A model generated the notes under the pieces. It ran no database searches. It saw nothing but the letters and a program-made list of their open reading frames with translations, and was not told the DNA's origin. This document shows positions 13,431-25,456 of a stretch of 64,000 nt of DNA, piece by piece (the stretch's first letter is position 1; the number at the start of each line of letters is the position of its first letter). The translations under genes and the position numbers were made by a program. The DNA comes from Lingula anatina (lineage: Eukaryota; Animalia; Brachiopoda), in NCBI GenBank assembly GCA_051362555.1, contig CM120640.1:26088225-26152224 (forward strand). The letters run 5' to 3'.

Positions 13431-15119
13431 ATGATGCAAAGCCGCCATACATCAAGGATTATTCAGGTGTTCATGTTCCCTGTACATTTTGTACTTGGTC
13501 TGCGGTGAGTGATCCAAATTAGGCTTTAAAAAAAATTAGGCTTTTAAAAAAAAACATCGATTGTCTCCGATTCTATTCGATATATTAGGTATGGTATCAC
13601 GGCTTAAGGCTATAGAGTAACAGACTTGCGTAAAATAAATCGTGGATCGCTCTCTTCTCTCTATCTCTTATTATTCAAGGCTAAAAGAAAACCTCTTTAG
13701 ATTAAAATGATACATTTTATTGAGTGAATTTGAATACTATAATCACTCTCAATGTAGCTAAATAATCTGATTCCAGGTTGATAGGTTTTCTATATCAGAA
13801 TTATATTAGATTGGTTATGTTTGCTGAACTCGAAATCAGCCAAATACCTTTTTAGCCAATATTAATTAATTATTTATACAAATCTTTTATCTGTCATTGA
13901 AAATACACAGATATTAGGCCTACATCAAGACCGCTGTATAGAGGACTTAAGTCTGTGCAACAAAAGTATACATCATTATAAATCTGACTGTTGTGTAGAT
14001 CATAATAATAATAATAACAATAATAATAAGCTTCTTATATGGCGCCTTACGGTACATTATACCTCAAGGCGCCTTACAATAATGGATAATATGACTAAAA
14101 TCATTATCATGACTACATTTTAATCAATATTTAATTCTAAAACACTCATTGGAAACCATTTAAAATTACCACTACTAAAAATCAATCTTATTAAAATATA
14201 TAAAAAAATATAAGAGACAGACAGATCTAAAATGTGGGTCCTTAAAAGGGATTCAAAATTGTCAAAGTCTTCTGCTTTTCTAATAAAAGGCATTCCAAAC
14301 TTTGGGGGCAGAGATTTTAAAAGCCTGATAGCCATAACTTTTGAGCCACCCCTTCATATAACACCCCATCATTATTAGTTGACACACAGTTATTATACAA
14401 ACTGGAAATAATGTGTTAAAAGTGAACTTAAATAAAACCTTGAACGTTAAATCTTGGCCTTGGTGAAGTCAAAATTTGACCCTAACACTCAACTTTAGCT
14501 ATGATTTACAGTAATACATAAATGTTATTTCTACATTATTAACTAAAAGAAAAGAAATGTCCCTTGCATTTTACTTTTTTGCATTGACAATTTTCCCTAA
14601 AAAAGACATTTCGGCTTTGAATGTACATATCTCAATGCTTAAAATTATTAAGACAAATATATTTAAAAGACTATAGACTAAAATATGAAACTAAGCCACT
14701 CAATTATGAACAGCTAGTGTGGGCAAATATAACACCCATTACTGTATCATTCGATACTTAATGATACACTGCATATTGACCAATTTTTCTATATTTTCAG
14801 ATCACTACTAACGAAAAACCCCAGAGAAGTGCACAGCGAGCTAATGGCACCTTTTCTTCAAGTCTTTGGTTTGGCAGCAAATTCTGGAAAATTTTCAAAG
14901 TTTCTTGTGGCCTTCACTTTTCCAGTATTTATCGCCATATTTGCGTTTGTTGCGGCGGCATTTTTCACAGTTTTGATTGCAATAATAGTACTCATCTTCA
15001 CTATATTTACCGGATCTTTGTTTTCGTTGCAGACTTATTCAGTAATATTTTTGAAATTGATCATTCCCATGGCTGCAACTATGACATTCATCCTGGGAAT
15101 TCGACAATTTTTTCGGTGA
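13431..15119 (+). CDS. Small multi-pass hydrophobic membrane protein, paralog A (130 aa, family not recognised)
   Basis: Exons 13431-13504 (cg|gtgagt) and 14801-15119 (ttttcag|a) join in frame: MMQSRHTSRIIQVFMFPVHFVLGLRSLLTKNPREVHSELMAPF... Clear similarity and the same phase-2 intron as the gene at 33397-34686. AATAAA near 15357. Confidence 0.8.
14004..14340 (-). mobile_element. 5'-truncated L2/CR1-type LINE 3' end, inside the intron of paralog A
   Basis: Minus strand reads frameshifted YGYQAFKISAPKVWNA/IRKAEDFDNFESLLRTH, resembling a LINE ORF2 C-terminus. It is followed by a TGTAAGGCGCCTTGAG...AAGGCGCC stem-loop and an (ATT)n tail. Confidence 0.65.
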
Positions 15120-16121
15120 ATTGAAATACATTTTATACAGTGTATATACAGTTTATATACAGAGCACGTCTACAAAAATGTAGGCTTAAAATAGAATTAA
15201 ATACACTCTCCCATCTATACAAATAGTCCTGCCAAGTGTCACAGGTCTGTGAAGAGCATACAGATCCTCTTAAAACACTGAAAACATTTTTGAAAAACAT
15301 AAAATACATTTTAAATACACAGGCAGAATTCTTTACTTATACCTATTGGTAGGCACAATAAATACATGAAAAAATACGCACGATATGTATAGGCAATTAA
15401 GATCACATATGTAACATAACATAAAAAGACAGACATGAAAGCACCCGCACCTAAGGAAGCAAGTATTCAAATTGATCATCATACCGTATAATTTTCTGGT
15501 ATGTATGCTAGTTAAATACCCTCCTTTTTATACACCCGTCTTTTCTTTGAAAATAAACAATGTACAATCTATATAATGGTGAGTAAGATATACAGTGCCG
15601 CCGGAATCTCCCCTTACTTACCCTCCGGGTCGCTGCGGGTTGTACGGACGGCCTGGCTCGGTAACTATGGAAATAACATTGTCATCCATACGCTGTTTGG
15701 TTTCTGTTAACAATAGTCCCATACCCTGCCCGTCGGGCAATTATCGTGACAAACTTTCTGCTAACAAAAGAGCCTAACCCTAGCTCGCTGAGATAAAGAT
15801 CGAAGGTGAGCGTGGTCGCAATTAAGTGTTCGTCCAAGAGTTAATTGACCTTTAATGCGCGGTGGCTTCACTCTACTTTGATCACTCTACTCAGATACGG
15901 AGATTTTAAGTATAAGAACTTGCCAACAGTGATTTTTAAAAGTCGCTTTACCAAAAAGATTCGGTGATGACAGCAATTTTCGTGTACATTGTACTATGAA
16001 TTGATTAAATTTACATAGAGTTTAATAAATGAATTTATGAATTTATTAAAGATCAAATAAAACACTACTTGTACATGTAATATTTATTAGGCTTCAAACT
16101 GTCTTTCCTATATACATATTA

Positions 16122-16517
16122 TTAACAAGATTGAAATTTATTTTTATAGTATGTCCTTATATATCTATTAGTTTTGTTCATAGACGAAATGCATTTTTTC
16201 CAAAAAGACTTGTCAGTTGTTTCAGTGATAAACATTTTGTTAGCCATATCTTTAATATAGTTCAGTCTATATTTGCATATAGGATCTCTCTCATCTACAC
16301 CCGTAACATTTCTGTCCTTTCGTATTCGTTCATCAATCGTAAACAACCTTCCCATCAACTGAACGCAAAAGTTGCCAGGGGAACTTGCCCGTTGTCGAAT
16401 TTCGAATATTTCTTTATTTGACAAGGCGACGGGTGGCCGGCCGAAAGACTGATTCCTTGATTCTGTAGGACACAAAGTAGGAACTGTTTCTCTATCATTG
16501 TTTGATATGTAATTCAA
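16122..16517 (-). CDS. BEN-domain ORF inside the Tc1-type element (5' end possibly disrupted)
   Basis: ASSPGNFCVQLMGRLFTIDER...NVTG...PICKYRLNYIKD...FWKKCISSMNKTNR matches the BEN consensus pattern. AATAAA on the minus strand at 16083-16088. No ATG at the 5' end of the ORF. Confidence 0.7.
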   Translation of the reverse strand: MNYISNNDRETVPTLCPTESRNQSFGRPPVALSNKEIFEIRQRASSPGNFCVQLMGRLFTIDERIRKDRNVTGVDERDPICKYRLNYIKDMANKMFITETTDKSFWKKCISSMNKTNRYIRTYYKNKFQSC

Positions 16518-17001
16518 AACGATAGGAATAGTTCATCTTTACGATCTAAAGCCCAAACTTAACCAAAAGCCTTCTTCATACTTAAACGCATCAAAATAAA
16601 TTAATTTAAAAAACTGGATTACAATCTCTCGGGCTAACTTCACTGGTTGGCACGTGTCATCTCACATTAATTAACAATCAGTTCAGGTTAGCTTTATTCA
16701 TGCTGGGTAAACACAGTGATTAAGCCCTGACTATTACATAATCACTACTGTGTGACACGCGTCGTCTAAAATTAATGTTAACATTGCGATGACGCTCTTC
16801 AATCCAAACTAATCAATTGCACATAATATTAAATCAACTGACACAAACAGGATTGTTTGTGTATCTGGACTTCCTAAATGGACAATAAGTATTTTGTTTA
16901 ATATGACCTGTTTATGTCACTGATTTCCATGCCATCGTGTCACCTGCCAAGTGAACGGTATAAATCGACACTCAAATTTTCCAAATCATCACAATTCCAA
17001 G

Positions 17002-17340
17002 ATGCCTCTTAGCGATTACGTGCGTCTGCGTATCATCGCCCTCCAAGAACAAGGGGTGCGAATTAAAAACATAACCGCACAAATGGAAAATGAAGGCCAT
17101 AAAGTGTCGCGACAAGCCATTTACTATGCGTTAAAGAAATACGACGAAGGGCTTGGTATTGCAGATAAGCCACGAAGTGGACGTCCCTCAAAGGTTGACC
17201 TGCGCCACATGAACGTTATAGACGAGGAGATGACCATATTAACGCAGAAAAGTGTATTATACAGTAATAAATATATAAATCACCTAAAGAAGATGATTCC
17301 AGCGGTACTTGAGAGAGAAGGTCGTGCATCAGGCTACTAA
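17002..17340 (+). pseudogene. Tc1-like transposase with an in-frame deletion of the catalytic DDE core
   Basis: MPLSDYVRLRIIAL...VSRQAIYY...DKPRSGRPSKV (paired-type HTH plus GRP linker) joins directly to the C-terminal tail NKYINHLKKMIPAVLEREGRASGY. TATAAA at 16959, AATAAA at 17356. Confidence 0.85.
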
Positions 17341-18158
17341 ACTAGCAACACATGTAATAAAGGTAATGAGACATTGATATTTATTTGATGTATTAGCTAT
17401 TTAAAATTTTCCATTTTAACTACGCTTTTGTTGATCGTGACTTATTATCATCAAATAAAATTGTTATACAGGGTACGTGTTTTAAAACTAAGCCTGATTT
17501 GTTCTTCAGAGTTTTGTTCTAATATTTGACTTGCCTTTACTCGAGTCTTCTGTTGCAGTTGACACATAACCCGGTATTGTTTGCTCGTGTCGATAGCAAT
17601 CTCTTTGCATCAGCTATAATAGAAACTTTAAGTGAGGCAATTAAGAAGGGGCAGACCGTGTTCATTGAACCGACTAATTTGGGTGTCCGATAAGGATTTC
17701 TTGGGGATTCCCCTACCCTGTAATTATCATACGGACTCTATTGTTCGACCATATGGGGCAGGGTTGGGAAACCATACGGCCATTTGGTAAGGGGACATTC
17801 CGGCGGCACTGTAGGTACCGTAATATACAAAATAAACAAAATAACAAAAAAAATGAATGGATTAAGGGGGTTTAAAACGATTATAGTGAGTTCACAGAAA
17901 AAGACAAATGCAACTGCCATATTTGTACTATCGCTTCTGAATGGATATGTAAGTAATCGTCGAACGTCGGACGCCGATTCAATTTCCAGAAGTAACGCAT
18001 TGAACTAAAATAAAAAATGATACATAGTTAAAAGCAGCATGAACTGTGGCATAATTTAAGATATAAACGACTTAATAAATTCTCCAAGTTCTATTATAAA
18101 TTCACTCATAAAGATAATTTGAAAAGTTACCTTCACAAAAAGTATCATATGGCTGTTG

Positions 18159-21100
18159 TTAGGTGTATACCAGAGCGTTTATATCTACTTCCTGGTTGTC
18201 CGACCGAAGCCTAAAGAGAAAGATATTACACAACACTATAATTTTTTATTTTCATGAAGACACAGAAACTTTTATCAGGAAGAGGTTAGCGGATTACACT
18301 GAACATATTACGGAAGATCATGTCTTTTCCAAAGCATTTAATTTGACTATCTAAGTATCTGAATAAAACAAGTGCATCTTATCCTCTACCTGTGGTTCTC
18401 CCCTCCTATAACTTCTTGGCATTCCGGACAAACGCTTTCTTCCATAGGCCTTCCACACTCAGTTACACAGTAGATGTGACCATTGGGACACTTGTACCAA
18501 TGACTCTGAGGACCAAAGTCCATTGCTTTGACTACCAGTTTAAGGCTCTCTGTGTCGGGTCCACTGTACTGCTTCAGAGACGATATCAAACGCGTGACTG
18601 ATTCCAATGTCTCCTCGGTTGGAGGGTGTCTCGTGTTAATCTGCTTAAAACCACCCATCGCTTCATTTCCATGCTCAGTGAGCCTATCCCTTTCTTCCTT
18701 ATTCTCGACAGGATTGCCCTTGAACTGGGAGGTTATTGAAATTAATATCTGAAAAAGGCTGCCTGCTAGCGTTAATCGTTGGACCTCTTTGACGAGTTGT
18801 CCACTTTGATACTCTGACAATGTTCGCTTCTTTGAAAGCCATAACTTAAGCTTTGAAATGTCTTCTTTTACATCTGATACTGTATGCATGAAGGTTTCGT
18901 CTAAAAATGGGGCATCTTCAAACTTGTCATAAATTTCGCAAAATTGACGCTCTACTTGGTCTATTTTGATTAATGATAGTGATACTCCTTGCAAGCTTCT
19001 GAGTATGTGGCTCATTTCACACTTCTGTACTTCTTTTAACAATCTACTTCCAAGTTCCGAAGGCACAGTGTTCTCCCTGTCTTCTAACTGTGCAATAAGA
19101 TCCTCTTTCTGTTGTTTAAATAACTGAGACTTGGATTCTTGTAGAATCCTTTTACGGACTCTTTGCATATCCCGAAGTGTCTGTTTGAAAATGTTTCCGT
19201 ACCGCTGTGTGCTGTATAGTGGTGTCCTGCAAATTGGACATGCCTTCAGCTGAATGGAATGGATATCTGAACTTTGTTCATATTCCATGTAACGGTCAAG
19301 AAACTTTCTTTCAAACATATGTCCACAATCTCTCAGCATCATCAACCGTGCTTCGCTATCGTTTTCCTCATAAGAATACAACTCCAAAATTTCCTGTACA
19401 TCATTTTCATTGCATATTCTGCATAGCTTTGGGTGCTGTTCGCCACAGAGTCCCATGCATGGGTGACCACATTCTAGAGTCTTCTCACAGGGTTCATTGC
19501 ATGGCTCACGATCACACATTTCAAAACAAAGTTTATTACACTGGAGATGTGTACAGCGCCAACGGCATGGCTCTCGACAATTTTGGCATATATATGAGCA
19601 TCGTCTAAGGCATCTGTTGTGAATGCATCTAATTTTGCACGGCTTAGTGCATGGTGGACAGGATTTTGCACACGGCATATTACATTCATGCCCACAGAGA
19701 AGTATCCTTCCGCAATGTGCACTGCATGCTTTGTGAAGGCGCCCCTGCATACATTCTCCACAAGTCCCAGAACACGGGTGGTCACAGTACTCAAGTAAAG
19801 CTACACATGGCACAGAGCATACTGCATTTTTGCCAATGTAACAATCGGTCTGAACCTCATGGCCACACCTGAGGGTAACCTTCACCGAGCCTTTACACTT
19901 ACTTGGCACTGTGCACGTATCTCCACATTTTTCTTGACAGGTGTGGTCACATGGCAGGACCTTTTCGCAAGGTTCCCGACAAGAGAAATTTGATTCTGGT
20001 ATGTGACAAGGTACCATCTGTTTGTGCCCACATTTATGTATAATCTTTGTAACTTCTATGTTACAAGGGCCGCAATTTTCATGAGTGTAACAGGGCTTCT
20101 GACAACGGTGACCTTGGCTGCACATCTCTTTTTCACATGTCTTAAGACAAATTTGGTTTTCATGCATCACATTGTCTGAGTGACACTTTCTTGGACATGT
20201 GTGACCACAAGGTAAACGAGTTTGGCATAGGACTTGGCAACCTCCTTCAGGCACTTTATCAAAATCTTTTCTGCATCGCACTTCTGTAATTTTATCAGGG
20301 TGGTTCGGACAACACAAATTTAGGGCACTGCCCACATTTCCCTCTTGATACATTTTATCTATCAGCTTCCTCCACACATCACTTTCCTTTTTGTACAACG
20401 CAAAGTTACCTATAGCATAAAACCCTTCCTTGGCTCTAGATAACGCAACACACACCCTGTTGGATGTATCCAGAAACCCAATTTTACCTTCTTCATTGCT
20501 TTTCACTAATGATAACAAGATGATCCTGTTTTCCTCCCCTTGAAAGTTATCGATTGTGGCGATCCTTGATGACATTGGGTGTTCTTTACTAGGAGTTCTG
20601 TTATATTCTTTGTCATATGGAGTATTTGCTTTAGATTTTGTGTTTTGGTTATCTTCTGCCTTCATAAGTTTTCGTAATACATTGGCCTGCCCAGAATAGG
20701 GGGTGAGAATTGTGATGTCGTGTGGCTGATAACCTTGTTGAAGTAAGTACCCGTGTAGGGCAATGATGAAGTGTGCTTCGTGCATATTGGATGGGCTTTT
20801 CTCAAACTCCTTGATTTCTGCCTCATCATGAGTCACAAAAAACAAGTTCCTTTGGACTCCGCGGATGGGTTTGATGTCCAGAACAGATTTATGGTCAGCC
20901 AGGCTGTCATAGAAGATCGGCACCAAAAATTTTGCAATTTCTGGTCGCATTCGATGCTGCTCTTTAAGACAAACGTGTGGCAGTTTGTTGTTTATTAGCC
21001 TTTCAAACAGTGAAATATCAATATTGTACCTCTTTGCCAGAGCATAAACAGTTGGCTTGGGCTTAAGCTGCTGATGGTCGCCAATGAGAATAAGATGCTG

Positions 21101-24100
21101 ACTCGATGATGTTAATGTGCTAGTGATGTGTGATTCCAGGCACTCTGCAGCTTCTTCCACGATAATAACTTGTGGCTGAAGTTTTTCTAAAATTTTGTAA
21201 CGTATTGCTGATCCAGTTGTGGTCAAACCGATGACTTTTGCATCTTTTAAGATTTCGTAATCTTCATCATTTTGAATTTCCTTGTACTTGGCCAAAGTAT
21301 CTGCATATTTTGTTTTGTATGCAGTAACTTTTTGATCGATAATGTAACGAAAACGCATCACCCATGCTCGATAAAGTTTCCATCGGTCACTGATAGAAAG
21401 ATCCCAAACATTTTTGACCATTGTGGACTCTAGTACATTACCAGCATCTTGGAGTTCCCTGTGAACATTCTGTATTATGTCTGGAATGTGATGCGGGTGA
21501 ATTTTCGCCCAAATGCCTTTCAGTTTGTTCTTCTTCATGTCATCCTGTAATTTGACTGTGTCAAGGGCAACGTACGACCGAAGGTGCTCTTCATAATCTT
21601 CTTTTTTGCCTCTCCAAACCTCTTCAACAGAATATTCCATTATTGATTCAATATATTCGATCAACTCGGGGTCAATGTTCTCATCACTCGTTATTTCACC
21701 GGACTCAGTTTCTCTTACTTTCTGTTGAAAGCTTGGACGAGACGGTTTCTTAGCATGCCCAGATATCGAAACATTAAAAACGTTCAACCACTTTAACAGT
21801 GGTTGTTCTGATTTACAGGAAGAGAAAGCCTGTTCTTGACTGAATGATATACAGCCGTAACTATGTAGGACACCTTCGTTAAAAATGCATGCGCGTGAAT
21901 CAATTTTCCCCAGCACTGCCTGAGCCATTTTGAAATCCCCTTCGATATCGGCAAGTTCTTTCTTAGTCCTTGAAATCAAACGATTTCCTCTTTCATGGCC
22001 TGACTTTATCTTTGAGATGATATCTCTTTTGATATTACATAACATATGCTTGCTGAGCATCTCACTTTTTGACCTAGAACCAATCCTTATCATGTCACTA
22101 GTCTGTTTAATATGTTTGCTACTCGTCCTTAATACACCTTCTAGGAACTGATCTAGTGCGTGATTTGTGTAGCAAACAACCAAAATTTGGGTATTAGAGT
22201 TGCTGTTGCGTCGCTTGTCACTGTTCTGCAGTAGAAGTTGGACAATTTTGTAACCAACATGAGTTTTTCCTGTTCCTGGCGGCCCTTGAATTATGGCAAG
22301 TTCTTTTGTTAATGCCAAATGAATGGCTCTTCTCTGACTTTCGTCCAAGCCAAGCTCATGAGCTTCAGGCCACTGTTCAAGGTTAAGCACTGGGACAAGT
22401 AACTCTTTTGAAGAGTGAGCATGTCCAAAATGGGCTGCATCAGTATAAGATTGTGTTAAAGGACTGAAATCATACAACGTTTCAATTTCCCTGGTTTGTG
22501 GTGATGCTGGTGCGCAGTCTTGATTCATCGATGTAATATCTGAAGATGTTAATGCGCACGTTGGACTCTCTAGAATGCATGAGGCGATCTTTGACCTACC
22601 TGGACTGCCCGTGAGAGGTGAACTGTGTGCTGGTAGCGTCGGGTTGACTGACGGCGACACTGGGCAGTATGATGGTGAGACCGGACTGTATGATGGTGAC
22701 AGGGGACTGTATGATGGTGACGGCGCTCTGCGGGGCGATCTCCGAATGTCCTGGTATGGCAGCGACATCGGATAATGTAATTTCGGCGTATGGACCATAT
22801 CTGCACTTCCGGGGTGGAATGATGGTGACCCAAAATTGCTCATTTCAGTCTTTGGAACTGTTAAGTAATACGGCGGGGAAACAATAGTTGCACAATGCAC
22901 TATATATTTCATAAATGGAAAATCTTCCATCTCATCAAATCTCTTTAGAGATTTTAAAATGGGTTCATAACCTTTAAAGAATGCAGGTGATTCGAGCATT
23001 TGAAATTCTTGATTCATGAGTGAATGAACATATTGGGCAGAGGAAAAGAAATGAAGATAAATAAGTCCTTTTTCAAGTGCTTTGACATCTCTATGGCACC
23101 CTGAGATTGTAGCATAAACAATACTATTTAGGTTGTCGGTAAACAAAAGCACAAGTGAACCACACATCAAACGTTTCGAGTATCCCCATTTAACATTTTT
23201 CAAAGTTGATGTATCAAATTGCACTCGATAAACGATCCCACACTGAGGATCTATAACGCTGTATGGGAGGATTCGAAGCTTTTTGTAGATATTGTCTACC
23301 TTCTTGTCTAAAAAATAATCTCTCAGAGAAGTTCTTAGAGGCTGAACAAAATCTTCACGCATAAGACGAAACTGTACATCAAGGTAGTCGTGCAACGATT
23401 CATAACTTCCTACTACACGATTTTTTCTTAAAAACGTATCTTTCTGCAGCAAGTCTTCTTTTGAGGGGAGAACTGAAATTTCAACAAAGTCATCCGGGGG
23501 CCCCATTTCAATATTGCTTGACTTCTTTTTAGCTCTAGATATACAAGTATCCGTGATGCGTTTGAGACTAATTCTGTGCTCTTCCATTTCGTTTGGGTCT
23601 TGACATTTCTCCTTAATGTTCATAATTGTGGCATCTAACGCTGTAGTCAAGGGAAGAAGTTTTTGCATGATTCTTTGGGCATCGACAGTAATGATGATTT
23701 CTTTCAAAACCGTCATCAATTGTTTGAAAAAGTCTTCATCCCGGGAGGACTCAAAACTAATACAAAAATTACTGATGAATGATATCAAATCTGATCCATT
23801 TTCAAGAAAGCTGGTATTATACACCTTTCGTAACAGCTCTCTTTTGTTGTTGTCATATGTAGAAGATGAAACATTGGCCAATGTTTTGACTACAAGGCGT
23901 AATTTGTCATTAGACAGTTTCCCCGTTTCCAGTTCTTTAATAAATATTTCACCATCTGATCCAAGCTCCAATGCAGCTTTATCAGGTTCCAAAAGTGATA
24001 TATTTTCCAGCCGTTTATATCCAAGTGCTTTGCAAGTTGCTGTTTTTGCTTTTGAACCACTTCTGTTTGACCTCCCAGTATTATTTCTATCCCTTCTCCC

Positions 24101-24565
24101 CGTTTTCGTGTCAGTTTCTTTTATCTCTGTGACAGATTTAACACACTGGATATCCCTGGAGTGGGAATTTCCTCTCAGTGTTTTTCCTGAACTTTTTGTT
24201 GAATAGGATTCGTGCCTAAAGGCTCTTGTTGTGGTTGCCCGCTTGGAAAGATATAGACCACTCTCATTAGTTTCAGACATTCTGTCTTTGTCCAGTGTAA
24301 AGCTGTGATCGTGACTATCTTTCCTTTTTCTTTTTCGAATGAAGTCAGCCCTCGAGCGAATCGATTGCAATGTGCTCGTTCCTCTTTCTGAACTGGCAGC
24401 TGCATACTGGATATTGGCGTGGAAGTGTCCCCTCTGGGTTGTCCCTAAAGTTGCTGTTGAATGGGGAGATGCATACGTGCAACTTCTTGATCTGTCAACA
24501 TACTTGGTGGCTTTTAGGTGTCGCTGTTGTCTTCTATCAGAATCATATCCACCAAACTGATGCAT
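18159..24565 (-). CDS. ZNFX1: ZNFX1-like NFX1-type zinc-finger SF1 (UPF1-like) RNA helicase with RING and RZ finger, about 2075 aa from the ATG at 24565
   Basis: Large exon 18390-24565 plus terminal exon 18159-18210 (NHR|LRSDNQEVDINALVYT*). Motifs: YLDVQFRLMREDF, GPPGTGKT, VCYTNHALDQFLE, EEAAE, LIGDHQQL, SLFERL, QHRM, IDNFQGEE, VALSRA, repeated C-x-H-x-C NF-X1 fingers, CGH..CPICR RING, HWYKCPNGHIY..ECG..CPEC..IGGENH. The true start is uncertain. Confidence 0.93.
22649..22720 (-). repeat. Coding 21-nt tandem repeat encoding SPS-YSPLSPS-YSPVSPS-YCPVSPS
   Basis: Plus-strand units tgatggtgagaccggactgta and tgatggtgacaggggactgta, in frame within the ZNFX1 ORF. Confidence 0.9.
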
Positions 24566-25280
24566 TCTATCCTTGTGCAGTGTCGTGCCAGGGTGGTTGG
24601 TGTTCCGGTGGTTGGTGTTCCGTTGGTCTCTGTGGAACTTAGTAACGTCACTTTCATAACCTCTTTCCAGTTTGAAGCGCTTGCTGTAAAAATGATTGTC
24701 CTTTGATACATGGTTTTGTGTTTTAACAGAGAAGTTTTATTGCCTTCGACGCACAATGTCTAGGGAATTTTAGTACCAGTGTGTTCAATTTCAACTTGCA
24801 AAATGCAGTTAGTCGAATTTTATAACAAACTACTGGTCATAATCTACTTTTAAAAATAATTCTTTTACATAACGTTGGGTGTAGTCAAAGTTTAAGGCTA
24901 TGTACATGTTTAATTCTACGTGTACTTTCAAACATTTTAAGTAACTTTAATTCTGTTTCCAAAATGGATTCTCTTCAATAATACGCATATTTAAAACATT
25001 TTCAGGTTTAAACGTAGTGGGTATACATGTATATATTCAGTTATACAAATCATCCAAAATACATCATCAAATGTATCATCCTGTAATCAGTTAGCATTAG
25101 TTATTATTATTATTTTTTTAAAATTCTTGGTCTATTTTTTTGTTGGGTTTCTAAGGGCCAAAATTTGTCTTTTTTCAGTGGATAGGCTAGGAGTGGATTT
25201 CATAAACTACATCAGTATATAAATTAGTGTTTCCGATACGCTGCCCGAGTGAACGATATATTTTCTGGGGTGTGTCTGCC

Positions 25281-25282
<2 letters not shown>

Positions 25283-25331
<49 letters not shown>
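25283..25331. repeat. (TA)n microsatellite
   Basis: About 24 TA units, directly abutting a minus-strand AAG|GTGATA donor-like site. Confidence 0.95.
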
Positions 25332-25334
<3 letters not shown>

Positions 25335-25384
25335 CTTGAAGTTTGAAGAACTTAACATGGGCAGTTTTCGGCATGTTCTTCCTC

Positions 25385-25456
25385 GACATAATTTCCTTAT
25401 TTCTGACTTGATATCAGAATGACATAATTTCCTTATTTCTGACTTGATATCAGAAT
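25385..25456. repeat. Perfect 36-bp tandem duplication
   Basis: gacataatttccttatttctgacttgatatcagaat occurs twice in tandem. Confidence 0.9.

Larger units (their letters stand above)
15593..17811. mobile_element. Non-autonomous Tc1/mariner-superfamily element (2219 bp) with an internally deleted transposase and a BEN-domain cargo ORF
   Basis: 25-bp TIRs CAGTGCCGCCGGAAT[C/G]TCCCCTTAC at 15593-15617 and 17787-17811 (1 mismatch). TA target duplication at 15591-92 and 17812-13. Confidence 0.9.

Noticed and set aside
18386-18389. TAG stop ending the 2059-aa ORF, suggesting a truncated RZ finger
   Set aside because: It overlaps a splice donor (AG|GTAGAG). The exon at 18159-18210 supplies the expected LRSDN continuation.
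18392-24706. Many antisense and alternative-frame ORFs over ZNFX1, e.g. 23616-24206 and 22575-22775
   Set aside because: Shadow ORFs of a long coding exon, with no independent motifs.
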